Below are positions 8,801 through 17,608 of a stretch of 64,000 nt of DNA, piece after piece; the stretch's first letter is position 1, and each line of letters begins with the position of its first letter. The translations under genes and the position numbers were made by a program. The notes beneath the pieces are model-generated. The model was not told where the DNA came from. It saw only the letters and a program-made list of their open reading frames with translations, and ran no database searches. Origin of the DNA: Xanthobacteraceae bacterium (GTDB lineage Bacteria; Pseudomonadota; Alphaproteobacteria; Rhizobiales; Xanthobacteraceae); assembly GCA_049300295.1 (NCBI GenBank), contig JBAQJL010000069.1:7175-71174 (forward strand). Reading direction: 5' to 3'.

Positions 8801-9997
8801 TCAGGCCACCAAAGTGGCCGCTTTGAGCCATTCGGCCACCTTGTGGAGGGCAATCTCGGCACCATCGTGTTCATTTTCGGTAAATATCCGCAATTGGGCA
8901 TCGGCCGAGGTGCCTTCGGCGACAATCGTACGGCACCGCTCCAACTCACCTGAGCAGCCCAGCGTATCGGCATCTGCGGCCAGAAGTTCCAGCAGCCGGT
9001 CGAGCCTCTCGGCGACCGGCCGCGCGCCGGTTCGGGTCACGAAACTGCCTTGCGCCCCATAACGCTGCGCACGCCATTTGTTTTCGACCGCGATCGAACG
9101 GTCGACCACGTCGATCCCGGCATTGTGTTCCGGATGATTAAACAGGTGGCGGACCAAGGCGCGATAAAGCGCGGCGATCGCGATCGTGTCGTCGATCCGC
9201 GTACAGCAATCCGCGGCGCGCAGCTCCAAGGTCGGATATTTCTGCGAAACGCGGATCGTCCACCACAGGTGGCTTGCATCCGGCATCGCGCCGGACGTCA
9301 CCATGGCGTCGACGTAGGCGTCGTACTGGGCATTGCTGCGGAACAGTTCCGGCAGGCCGGTGCGAGGCAATTCGTCATAGGCGGCGAGGCGGTATCCTTT
9401 GAGCCCGGTGACACGGCCTTGCCAGAACGGCGACGAGGTCGACAGCGCGATGAACAGCGGCACGTAGGGCAACATCCGCGTCATCACGTCGACGCGGCGC
9501 ATCGGATCGGGAAATTCGACATGGACGTGCATGCCACACAGCATGTTGCGCTGTCCGATCATCTGCAGCAGGTCCATCACTTGCGAATAACGGCCCTTCG
9601 GACTCTGCACGGCATCGCGCCAGGCCGCGAGTGGATGCGTGCCGCACGCCAGAATGGCGAGGCCGTGTTCGGCCGCCGCAGCGGCCGCGCTTCGACGAAG
9701 GCGCAACAATTCGTGCCGCGCCCGCGCGGCACTGCAATGTGGCTCGGTTGCGACTTCAATCTGCGCCTGCAGAAACTCGCGGCCGATTTGTCCGGCGGTC
9801 GTGTTATTGGCGGTGTCGAACAGCGAATCAGGCGTCTCCGTTGGCACCTGCAATGTCTTCGCGTCGGACAGGAAATATTCCTCCTCGACGCCGAACTGGA
9901 ACAGTTCGTCGGCCACGAAGATGGGCGCGTCCTGCCCGGCCGGAACCAGAGTCCGGATATGAAGTCGACGCTGTTTCGGGTCGAACCTGAATTCCAT
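8801..9997 (-). CDS. Carboxylate-amine ligase, glutamate-cysteine ligase family 2 (YbdK / EgtA-like)
   Basis: 398 aa. It has the FGVEEEYFL signature, GMHVHV, and WWTIRVSQKYPTLELRAADC. The exact start is not verified. Confidence 0.85.
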   Translation of the reverse strand: MEFRFDPKQRRLHIRTLVPAGQDAPIFVADELFQFGVEEEYFLSDAKTLQVPTETPDSLFDTANNTTAGQIGREFLQAQIEVATEPHCSAARARHELLRLRRSAAAAAAEHGLAILACGTHPLAAWRDAVQSPKGRYSQVMDLLQMIGQRNMLCGMHVHVEFPDPMRRVDVMTRMLPYVPLFIALSTSSPFWQGRVTGLKGYRLAAYDELPRTGLPELFRSNAQYDAYVDAMVTSGAMPDASHLWWTIRVSQKYPTLELRAADCCTRIDDTIAIAALYRALVRHLFNHPEHNAGIDVVDRSIAVENKWRAQRYGAQGSFVTRTGARPVAERLDRLLELLAADADTLGCSGELERCRTIVAEGTSADAQLRIFTENEHDGAEIALHKVAEWLKAATLVA

Positions 9998-10170
9998 GTG
10001 ACGATGCGCGTGAGGCAGCCGGATGGGACTGCCCGCTTCAACTCACCGGGCGGGGTGCGGTTCCGTTGAAGAAACCCCGAACGGCGACCGTTTCACGCGC
10101 CGCGTAGCTCAATGGGGCGGAATCAACCTCGAATCACCGAATTGGGGCTACGAACGTCCCGAATACGCGT

Positions 10171-10902
10171 TCATTGGTTGTGGGCAGGAGTGCCTTCGCA
10201 CGTGACCTTGCCGCAAGAACTCATCGCATCGACGATGGCTTGCAAGGCATGGCGGCCCGGATAGCCGAGAATGGCAACGCCGCCAATGATGAAGCCAGGC
10301 GTGGCGGATATGCCGAGCGATTTGCCGAGAGCCAGGTGGTCCTTGATCGTTTGCGCCACGTCGTCGCTGTCCGAAAGGGTATCGATCGCGCGACCATCGA
10401 AGCCGGCTTCGCGCGCGAGCTGGAAGGCGCGCAAGCCGGTGATCGTGCCGCGCTGCGCATAGACCTTGTGGTGATAGGCGTAAAATTGTTGCGGCGTCGC
10501 CAGTTGGGCCAGCGCCAGTTCGACCTGACTTGCCGCAACCGACGCCGGGCCGAGCACCGGGTAGGGCACCAGAACGAGCTTCAGGTTCGAGTCGGTACTC
10601 ACCATGTCTTCGATGTCGACGGACGCGATGCGGCAAAACGGACAGTTCAGGTCGTAAAACTCGATGAGCGTCGTCTTGCCTTCCGGGTTGGCGGCCGTCA
10701 CCACGCCGGGCATTTTTTCGATCGGGCCCGACAGCTTGACTGTGTGGTTGGGCACGACCCCGCCGTCATCGCCGGTCAGCGGAAATTCCGAGACGAGACG
10801 CATGGAGCGGTCGCGATCCTGCGCGACTGCCGGCGCCGCCATCGATGCGCCGAGCGCGGTGGCAAAAAGCGCAACGGCGAGGCTTCTACGGTTCATGCTC
10901 AT
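10171..10902 (-). CDS. DsbA-family thiol:disulfide oxidoreductase (secreted)
   Basis: 243 aa with a signal peptide and a CPFC active site (YDLNCPFCRI). Its ATG overlaps the yejF stop (ATGA at 10899..10902). Confidence 0.85.
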   Translation of the reverse strand: MSMNRRSLAVALFATALGASMAAPAVAQDRDRSMRLVSEFPLTGDDGGVVPNHTVKLSGPIEKMPGVVTAANPEGKTTLIEFYDLNCPFCRIASVDIEDMVSTDSNLKLVLVPYPVLGPASVAASQVELALAQLATPQQFYAYHHKVYAQRGTITGLRAFQLAREAGFDGRAIDTLSDSDDVAQTIKDHLALGKSLGISATPGFIIGGVAILGYPGRHALQAIVDAMSSCGKVTCEGTPAHNQ

Positions 10903-12530
10903 TGTGCGACGATGCCCGCGGGCGCGGTCTCCAGATTGAACGCTGCGGCGAACAGCGCGCGCGTATAGTCGGTCTGCGGATTGCGGAACAGCGCGGCGGC
11001 GTCGCCCGACTCCACCACCTTGCCGGCGCGCATCACAATCAGCCGGCTCGCCAGCGCAGCGACCACGCGCAGGTCGTGCGAGATGAACAGATAGGTGAGA
11101 TTGTGCCGCTTTTGCAGGTCGCAGAACAGGTCGACCATCTGCGACTGGATCAGCATGTCGAGCGCGCTCGTCGGCTCGTCGAGCACCACGAAAGTCGGCT
11201 CCAGCACGATGGCGCGCGCTACCGCGATGCGCTGCCGCTGGCCGCCGGAAAATTCATGGGGAAAGCGGAAGCGCATCTCCGGGTCGAGCCCGACGTCGGT
11301 AAGGGCGCGGCTGACCCTCGCGTCGCATTCCTGTTCCGGCATGTGGGCGTGGTGGACCTTCAATCCCTCCTTGATGATCTCAGCCACCGATAGCCGCGGC
11401 GACAGCGACCCGTAGGGATCCTGAAACACGATCTGCATGTCGCGTCGGAACGGCCGCATCTGCTTGAAGCGCAGGCCGTGCAGGTTGTTGCCCATGAACA
11501 CGATCGGCCCGTCGGAGGAGATGAGCCGCAGCAGCGCCAGCCCGAGTGTGGTCTTGCCCGAGCCGGATTCGCCGACCACGCCGAGCGTCTCGCCCTTGCG
11601 CAGCGCGATGCTCACGCCGTCGACCGCCTTGATGTGACCGACGGTCTTGCGCAGCACCCCGCGCCGGATCGGAAACCAGACTTTGAGATCGTTCGCCTCG
11701 AGCAGCAGCGGTGCGCTGGGTTGTGGCGGCGCCGGATCGGGCTTCGGCTCGGCGGAGAGCAGCGCGCGGGTGTAGGCGTGGGCGGGGGCTGTGAAGACGC
11801 GCTCGACATCGCCTTGCTCGACAATGCGGCCGTTCTTCATCACGCAGACTTTGCTGGCGATCTTACGAACGATACCGAGATCGTGGGTGATGAAGAGGAG
11901 CGACATACCAAGCCGCTTCTGGATGTCGGCAAGCAACGCGAGGATCTGCGCCTGAATGGTGACATCAAGCGCCGTGGTCGGCTCGTCGGCGATCAACAGA
12001 TCAGGCTCGTTGGCAAGCGCCATGGCGATCATGACGCGCTGGCGCTGACCGCCGGAAAGCTGATGCGGATAGCTTTTCAGGCGGCTTTGCGGGTCGGGAA
12101 TGCCGACCTGGCCGAGGACTTCCAGGGTCCGCGCGCGTGCCGCTGCTCCGGTGAGCCCGCGATGCAGCAGCAGAACTTCGCTGATCTGCTTTTCGATGGT
12201 GTGCAGCGGATTGAGCGAGGACAGCGGCTCCTGAAAGATGATGGTGATGTCGTCGCCGCGCACGCGCTGCATGTCGCGCTCGGCAAGCGGCAGCAGATCG
12301 CGGCCCTTGAACAGGATGCTGCCGGAAGGGTGCCGCGCCGCCGGGTAGGGCAGCAGCTTGAGGATCGACAGCGCGGTGACAGACTTGCCCGAGCCGGATT
12401 CGCCGACCAGCGCCATGGTCTCGCCCTTGCCGATGTCGAACGAGACGCGGTCGACCGCAAGCGTCTCGCGGCCGCTGTGACGGAAGGCAACCGAAAGGTC
12501 GCGAATAGAGAGAAGGGGATCGGCGGTCAT
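10899..12530 (-). CDS. yejF: ABC transporter ATP-binding protein with duplicated ATPase domains (microcin C / peptide importer YejF type)
   Basis: 543 aa. It has two Walker A motifs ([16 protein letters not shown]), two LSGGQRQR signatures and two Walker B motifs ([18 protein letters not shown]). Confidence 0.9.
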   Translation of the reverse strand: MTADPLLSIRDLSVAFRHSGRETLAVDRVSFDIGKGETMALVGESGSGKSVTALSILKLLPYPAARHPSGSILFKGRDLLPLAERDMQRVRGDDITIIFQEPLSSLNPLHTIEKQISEVLLLHRGLTGAAARARTLEVLGQVGIPDPQSRLKSYPHQLSGGQRQRVMIAMALANEPDLLIADEPTTALDVTIQAQILALLADIQKRLGMSLLFITHDLGIVRKIASKVCVMKNGRIVEQGDVERVFTAPAHAYTRALLSAEPKPDPAPPQPSAPLLLEANDLKVWFPIRRGVLRKTVGHIKAVDGVSIALRKGETLGVVGESGSGKTTLGLALLRLISSDGPIVFMGNNLHGLRFKQMRPFRRDMQIVFQDPYGSLSPRLSVAEIIKEGLKVHHAHMPEQECDARVSRALTDVGLDPEMRFRFPHEFSGGQRQRIAVARAIVLEPTFVVLDEPTSALDMLIQSQMVDLFCDLQKRHNLTYLFISHDLRVVAALASRLIVMRAGKVVESGDAAALFRNPQTDYTRALFAAAFNLETAPAGIVAQ

Positions 12531-13006
12531 GCCATCTCCCGCAAAAGAGCTTCAATGCCCGCTTCGTCCGGCCGGTAGGTCGTCATTCCCTCAGGTGCTT
12601 TCAAGCCGTTATCCGCGGAGAGAATCGCGCGGCATCGGCTTTGAATTGCCGTCACGACGTGGATCGCGTCGGGCAGGCTCGGCATGACGTGTCGTCCGTC
12701 CGCCAAAGTGCGTGTCGTGGCTCGGCGATAGTCGGCCGTATCGATCAGGACCGCGCGCGCCACGGGTTGAAGATCAAACAGGCGGCTCCAAACAATCAAG
12801 CTGAAATAGCTTCGGCGGGCCGCCGGCTTCGCTTTTGGCAGGACTTCCGCCAACGTCAATTCGCTCGCGGCGGCGAATCCCGGTTTGCGTGCCAACGCGT
12901 CGAAAAAACGTCTAAGACTACTGGCGACCGTTTCCTCGCCTTCTATGAAATAAATAAACGGATTGGCATCGACATAGACGCGCGGTGGGCTCGCCGGATC
13001 AGTCAT
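12527..13006 (-). CDS. PIN-domain ribonuclease, VapC-like toxin
   Basis: 159 aa. The acidic PIN quartet is readable: VYVDANPF, LAEV, DAIHVVTA and LSADNG. Its stop overlaps the yejF ATG (ATGA 12527..12530). Confidence 0.8.
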   Translation of the reverse strand: MTDPASPPRVYVDANPFIYFIEGEETVASSLRRFFDALARKPGFAAASELTLAEVLPKAKPAARRSYFSLIVWSRLFDLQPVARAVLIDTADYRRATTRTLADGRHVMPSLPDAIHVVTAIQSRCRAILSADNGLKAPEGMTTYRPDEAGIEALLREMA

Positions 13007-13226
13007 CCCACTCGTCTCGCTGGCGGCGTATCTCGGAATCTATCTCCTCTTTGGTGCGGAAGGGGCGTTCCCGCATCGCCCAAATATCTTCGAGCGAGAG
13101 CACACGATCGGGCCGTTGCTCTTCTTCTTCGATAATGACCGTGACCCGGGCATTTGGGTCTTCGTTAGGCCGCAAATCTTCCGGCAATTGCGCAGCCGGA
13201 TAATGCTCGCGGATGATCTTGTTCAT
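12999..13226 (-). CDS. Putative antitoxin partner of the PIN toxin (small acidic protein, family not recognised)
   Basis: 75 aa, very acidic (VIIEEEEQRPD..., RQRDEWDD). It overlaps the PIN start by 8 nt, as in classic type II TA pairs. GAGG lies upstream of the ATG. I see no recognisable DNA-binding motif by eye. Confidence 0.55.
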   Translation of the reverse strand: MNKIIREHYPAAQLPEDLRPNEDPNARVTVIIEEEEQRPDRVLSLEDIWAMRERPFRTKEEIDSEIRRQRDEWDD

Positions 13227-13258
13227 GTGTTTGCCTCATCGAGCAGTATAGCACGCGG

Positions 13259-14479
13259 TCATGCGAACGTCTTCCGCGAATCGAAGGCGTCGCGCACCGC
13301 TTCGCCGATGAAAATCAGGAGCGACAGCATGATGGCGACGGCGAAGAAACCGGTCAGGCCGAGCCATGGCGCCTGCACGTTGGCCTTGCCCTGCGACAGC
13401 AATTCACCGAGCGACGGCGACCCGGGCGGCAGACCGAAGCCGAGAAAGTCGAGCGCGGTGAGCGTCATCACCGATGATGACATGATGAACGGCAGGAAAG
13501 TGAGTGTCGCTACCATGGCGTTGGGCAAAAGATGCCGAAACATGATGACCCGGGTTGACACGCCGAGCGCCCGCGCCGCCAGAATGTATTCAAAATTGCG
13601 CCCGCGCAAAAACTCGGCGCGGACGAGCCCGACGAGCCGCGTCCAGGAGAACAGCAGCAAAATCCCGAGCAGGACGAAGAAGCCGGGCACCAGCACCGAG
13701 GAGATGATCAGCAGCAGATAAAGTTCCGGCACCGAGGTCCAGATCTCGATGAAACGCTGGAACAACAGATCGGTCCAGCCGCCGAAAAAGCCCTGCACGG
13801 CGCCGGCGGCCACGCCGATTATCGACGACACGATGGTCAGGATCAGTCCGAACAGCACGGAGACACGGAAACCATAGATCAGCCGCGCCAGCACATCGCG
13901 GCCGACGTCGTCGGTGCCGAGCCAGTTGTATTGCAGTGTGCCGCATTGACCGTAGCCGTTCTTGGCGGCGAACTCGCAATCGTGTTTGCTCAAGAGCCAT
14001 GTCGGCTTGGACGGAAACGGCGACGGCGGCCGACTGACGATGGTGCCGTAGGAAAATGGGATCGGCGGCCACACCACGAAGGCGTGACGCTCGGCGAGAT
14101 ATTGCTGCAGATGCGGATCGAGATAGTCGGCGGCGGTGCCGAACACGTCGCCGAAATCGGTATCAGGATAAGTGACGAACACAGGAAAGTAGTTCTTGCC
14201 GTCGACGTGGATGTAGATCGGCTTGTCGTTGGCGATGAGTTCGGCAAACAGCGAGATCACGAACAGGACGAGGAAGACCCACAACGACCAGTAGCCGCGC
14301 CGGTTGGCTTTGAAATTGCGCCAACGGCGGGCGTTGATCGGCGAGAGCGCGTAGCGTCCCGGCGGTGCGGCGGCCGCGAGCGGGCCAGTCGGCTCGATGT
14401 CGGGCGTCAGTTCGGGCGACTGCACCCGTGCCTCGACCGAGGGGGCGATCGCTGGTTCGCGTGGCGCGTGGACATCCAC
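13259..14479 (-). CDS. yejE: ABC transporter permease (YejE type, oligopeptide permease family)
   Basis: 406 aa and multi-pass. It carries a BPD-transporter EAA-like loop (ILAARALGVSTRVIMFRHLLPN). Confidence 0.85.
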   Translation of the reverse strand: MDVHAPREPAIAPSVEARVQSPELTPDIEPTGPLAAAAPPGRYALSPINARRWRNFKANRRGYWSLWVFLVLFVISLFAELIANDKPIYIHVDGKNYFPVFVTYPDTDFGDVFGTAADYLDPHLQQYLAERHAFVVWPPIPFSYGTIVSRPPSPFPSKPTWLLSKHDCEFAAKNGYGQCGTLQYNWLGTDDVGRDVLARLIYGFRVSVLFGLILTIVSSIIGVAAGAVQGFFGGWTDLLFQRFIEIWTSVPELYLLLIISSVLVPGFFVLLGILLLFSWTRLVGLVRAEFLRGRNFEYILAARALGVSTRVIMFRHLLPNAMVATLTFLPFIMSSSVMTLTALDFLGFGLPPGSPSLGELLSQGKANVQAPWLGLTGFFAVAIMLSLLIFIGEAVRDAFDSRKTFA

Positions 14480-14480
14480 C

Positions 14481-15593
14481 TCACACCTCCCGCGTCTCGA
14501 AATCGATCCGCGGGTCGATCAGCGTGTAGGTCAGGTCGGAAATCAGCGTCACCACCAGCCCGATGAGCGCGAATATATAGATGTTGGCGAACACCACCGG
14601 ATAATCGCGATTGAGCACGCTTTCGAAGCTCAAGAGGCCGAGTCCGTTCAAGGAAAAGATCGTCTCGATCAATAGCGAGCCGGCAAAGAATGCGCTGACG
14701 AAGGCGCTGGGAAAGCCGGCAATGACGAGCAGCATGGCGTTGCGGAAAATGTGACCGTAGAGCACCTGGTGCTGCGAGCAGCCTTTGGCGCGGGCCGTGA
14801 GCACGTATTGTTTGCGCAGTTCTTCGAGAAAACAGTTCTTGGTGAGCAGCGTCATGGTGGCGAAAGCCGCCAACCCCATGGAAATGATCGGCAGCGTCAG
14901 GTGCCAGAAATAGTCGAGTATCTTCTCCCACCAGGGAAATTGCGACCAGCCGTCCGACGTCAACCCGCGCAACGGAAAGATCTGCCAGAACGAACCGCCG
15001 GCAAACAGAATGATGAGCAGGATCGCGATCAAAAATCCGGGGACGGCGTAACCGACGATGATCACGCTCGATGTCCACATGTCGAACTGCGTGCCATCCT
15101 TTACCGCCTTGCGGATGCCGAGCGGAATCGAGATCAGATAGCTCAACAGCGTCATCCAGATGCCGAGCGATATCGAGACCGGCAGTTTCTCGCCGATCAG
15201 GTCGATCACGCTCACGTCGCGGAAATAGCTTTTGCCGAAATCGAAGCGCGCGTAGTTCCACATCATAATGAAAAAGCGCTCGTAGGCCGGCTTGTCGAAA
15301 CCGAACTGCTTCTCCAGACTCTTAATGAAAGCCGGGTCGAGCCCCTGCGCACCGCGATATTTTGAACTCATGCCGCCTTGCGCGCCGCCTGGAAGGCCGG
15401 CGCGCCCCGCGAAGTCACCGCCGGAGGAACCCGAGACGCGGGATGTCGCGCCGGTCTCGAGGCCGGAAAGCTGGGCGATCACGCGTTCCACCGGCCCACC
15501 CGGGGCGAACTGCACAACCACAAACGATACCAGCATGATGCCGACGATGGTCGGGATCATGAACAGAAGGCGGCGGACGATGTAGGCGCTCAT
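14481..15593 (-). CDS. yejB: ABC transporter permease (YejB type)
   Basis: 370 aa. It has the MSAYIVRRLLFMIPT start typical of DppB/OppB/YejB, and TARAKG...VLYGHIFRNA. Its stop lies 1 nt from the yejE start. Confidence 0.85.
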   Translation of the reverse strand: MSAYIVRRLLFMIPTIVGIMLVSFVVVQFAPGGPVERVIAQLSGLETGATSRVSGSSGGDFAGRAGLPGGAQGGMSSKYRGAQGLDPAFIKSLEKQFGFDKPAYERFFIMMWNYARFDFGKSYFRDVSVIDLIGEKLPVSISLGIWMTLLSYLISIPLGIRKAVKDGTQFDMWTSSVIIVGYAVPGFLIAILLIILFAGGSFWQIFPLRGLTSDGWSQFPWWEKILDYFWHLTLPIISMGLAAFATMTLLTKNCFLEELRKQYVLTARAKGCSQHQVLYGHIFRNAMLLVIAGFPSAFVSAFFAGSLLIETIFSLNGLGLLSFESVLNRDYPVVFANIYIFALIGLVVTLISDLTYTLIDPRIDFETREV

Positions 15594-15700
15594 GCTGTGG
15601 TGTCGATCTGTGCGTCTGTTGTTCCCGGTCGCGCGCCCGGCATTTACGTCTTATCGCATAGCGGCAACAAACTCCGGTAGCGAATGTTGGAATCGGACCA

Positions 15701-17572
15701 CTAGCCCTTTTGTTCAAGTTTCGCAGCTTTGGCGGCGTCGTACCACCAGGTATCCGGGATGCCGCGGGCATAGCGCGGTTGCGCCGGTGGGCGGCCGAAC
15801 ACGTCCCAATAGGCGATCCAGTGCGTCGCCTTGTACCACTGCGGAATCCAATAGCGGCCGGCGCGGATGACCCGGTCCAGCACGCGACAGGCGGTCACGA
15901 GCGCCGGGCGGGTATCCGCGGCGATAACGGACTCGATCAAGGCATTGACCACGGGGTCGGCGATGCCGGCGAGATTGTTCGACCCCTTCAGCGCCGCGGC
16001 CTGCGACGAAAAGTACGAGCGCAGCGAATCCCCGGGCGTGGCCGAAAAACTGAGCCGCTCGACCGTAATATCGAAGTCGAAATCGTCGAGGCGGGCGCGG
16101 TATTGCACCGGGTCGACCAGTCGGATGCTGCCGGCGATACCCAGAATTGCGAGGTTCTTGATCAGCGCCAAATGGTGCGGCTCAAACGTCGGCTCGTCGA
16201 GCAGAAACTCGATGGTGAAAGGCTCACCGCTCGGCAGCACGCGTTTGCCGTCCTTGACGGCGCAGCCGGCGGCCGCAAGCAGCTCGACAGCCTTGCGCAG
16301 GATGGTGCGGTCGTTGCCGGAGCCGTCGGTGACCGGCGGAATGTACGGCTCGCCGAACACTTCGTCGGCCACGCGACCGCGGAACGGCTCGAGCAGCTTC
16401 AGCTCAGCCGCGCTCGGCTTATCCTTCGCCATCATCTCGGAATTCTGGAACACCGAAACGGTGCGTTCATAGCAGCCGTACATGACGGTTTTGTTGGTCC
16501 ACTCGAAATCGAAGGCGTTGTTAAGGGCTTCGCGTAGCCGCCTGTCGGCGAATTTCTTGCGCCGCGTGTTGATGAACCAGCCCTGCGCGCCGGATGGCGT
16601 GTCATCCGGGATGGTGTCGGTCTTGACGCGGCCGTCGCGCATCGCCGGAAAGTCGTAGCGCGTTTTCCAGATTCGCGACGTAAATTCCTCGCGAAACAGA
16701 TAGGATTTGGCGGTAAAGCCTTCGAAGCCGACCTCGCGATCGCGGTAATATTCGAAGCGCAAGGTGTCGAAATTGTTCTGGCCGCGGGACACCGGCAGGT
16801 CAGCGCCCCACCAATTCGTGACGCGATCGTATTCTATATATCGTCCCGCATCGAAACGGCCGACCTTATAGGCGCCGGAGCCGAGCGGCGGATCGAGCGT
16901 CGATTCATCGAATTTTTTCGTCGTGTAATAAGTACTCGAAAAAATCGGCAGCCCGGCGACGAATAGCGGCACATCGCGTGCGCGCTTGGGCGCAAACGTC
17001 ACGGTGACGCTGTGGTCATCGTCCGCCTTGGCGCCAAGCATGTCGCGCAGTAACTGCGTGATGAGCGGATGACCTTGCGCCTTGAGGGTGGTCAGCGAAA
17101 ACGCAACATCCTGCGCGGTCAGCGGCGAATTGTCGTGGAATTTGGCTTCCGGCCGAATAAGAAACGTGTAGGTCAGGCCGTCGGTCGAACGGCGCACCTT
17201 TGTGGCGGCAAGACCATACATCGCGTCCGGTTCGTCGCCCGACGCCGCCATGAGCGTCGCGAAGGTCAACTGCATGCCCTGCGCGGCGTCGCCTTTCAAA
17301 ATAAAACTGTTCAACGAATTGAAGGTCAGAAAATTCTGGTTGTACAGCCGGTCCGGGCCGATCTGAGAAAAGGTGCCCCCCTTCGGGGCATTCGGATTGA
17401 CATAGCGAAACTGCCGGAAATCGGCCGGATAGGCGAGATCGCCGAATGCGGACATGCCGTGCGACTCGATCGCGTCGGCAGCGTCCGCGGACGACGCTTC
17501 GCCGCGCGCCGTGCTCGCCAGGGCAGCTGCGGCGGACGCCTCGAGAACGCGCCGGCGCGTGAGCTTAAGCAT
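15701..17572 (-). CDS. yejA: Extracellular solute-binding protein family 5 (YejA-like), copy 1
   Basis: 623 aa with a twin-arginine-like leader (TRRRVLEASAAAALA). It has the YVNPNAPKGGTF start and W(W/Y)DAAKAAK end typical of YejA-type binding proteins. Confidence 0.85.
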   Translation of the reverse strand: MLKLTRRRVLEASAAAALASTARGEASSADAADAIESHGMSAFGDLAYPADFRQFRYVNPNAPKGGTFSQIGPDRLYNQNFLTFNSLNSFILKGDAAQGMQLTFATLMAASGDEPDAMYGLAATKVRRSTDGLTYTFLIRPEAKFHDNSPLTAQDVAFSLTTLKAQGHPLITQLLRDMLGAKADDDHSVTVTFAPKRARDVPLFVAGLPIFSSTYYTTKKFDESTLDPPLGSGAYKVGRFDAGRYIEYDRVTNWWGADLPVSRGQNNFDTLRFEYYRDREVGFEGFTAKSYLFREEFTSRIWKTRYDFPAMRDGRVKTDTIPDDTPSGAQGWFINTRRKKFADRRLREALNNAFDFEWTNKTVMYGCYERTVSVFQNSEMMAKDKPSAAELKLLEPFRGRVADEVFGEPYIPPVTDGSGNDRTILRKAVELLAAAGCAVKDGKRVLPSGEPFTIEFLLDEPTFEPHHLALIKNLAILGIAGSIRLVDPVQYRARLDDFDFDITVERLSFSATPGDSLRSYFSSQAAALKGSNNLAGIADPVVNALIESVIAADTRPALVTACRVLDRVIRAGRYWIPQWYKATHWIAYWDVFGRPPAQPRYARGIPDTWWYDAAKAAKLEQKG

Positions 17573-17608
17573 CGCACGATTGAGTCCGCATCGGCGCGGT
17601 CACGCGAA

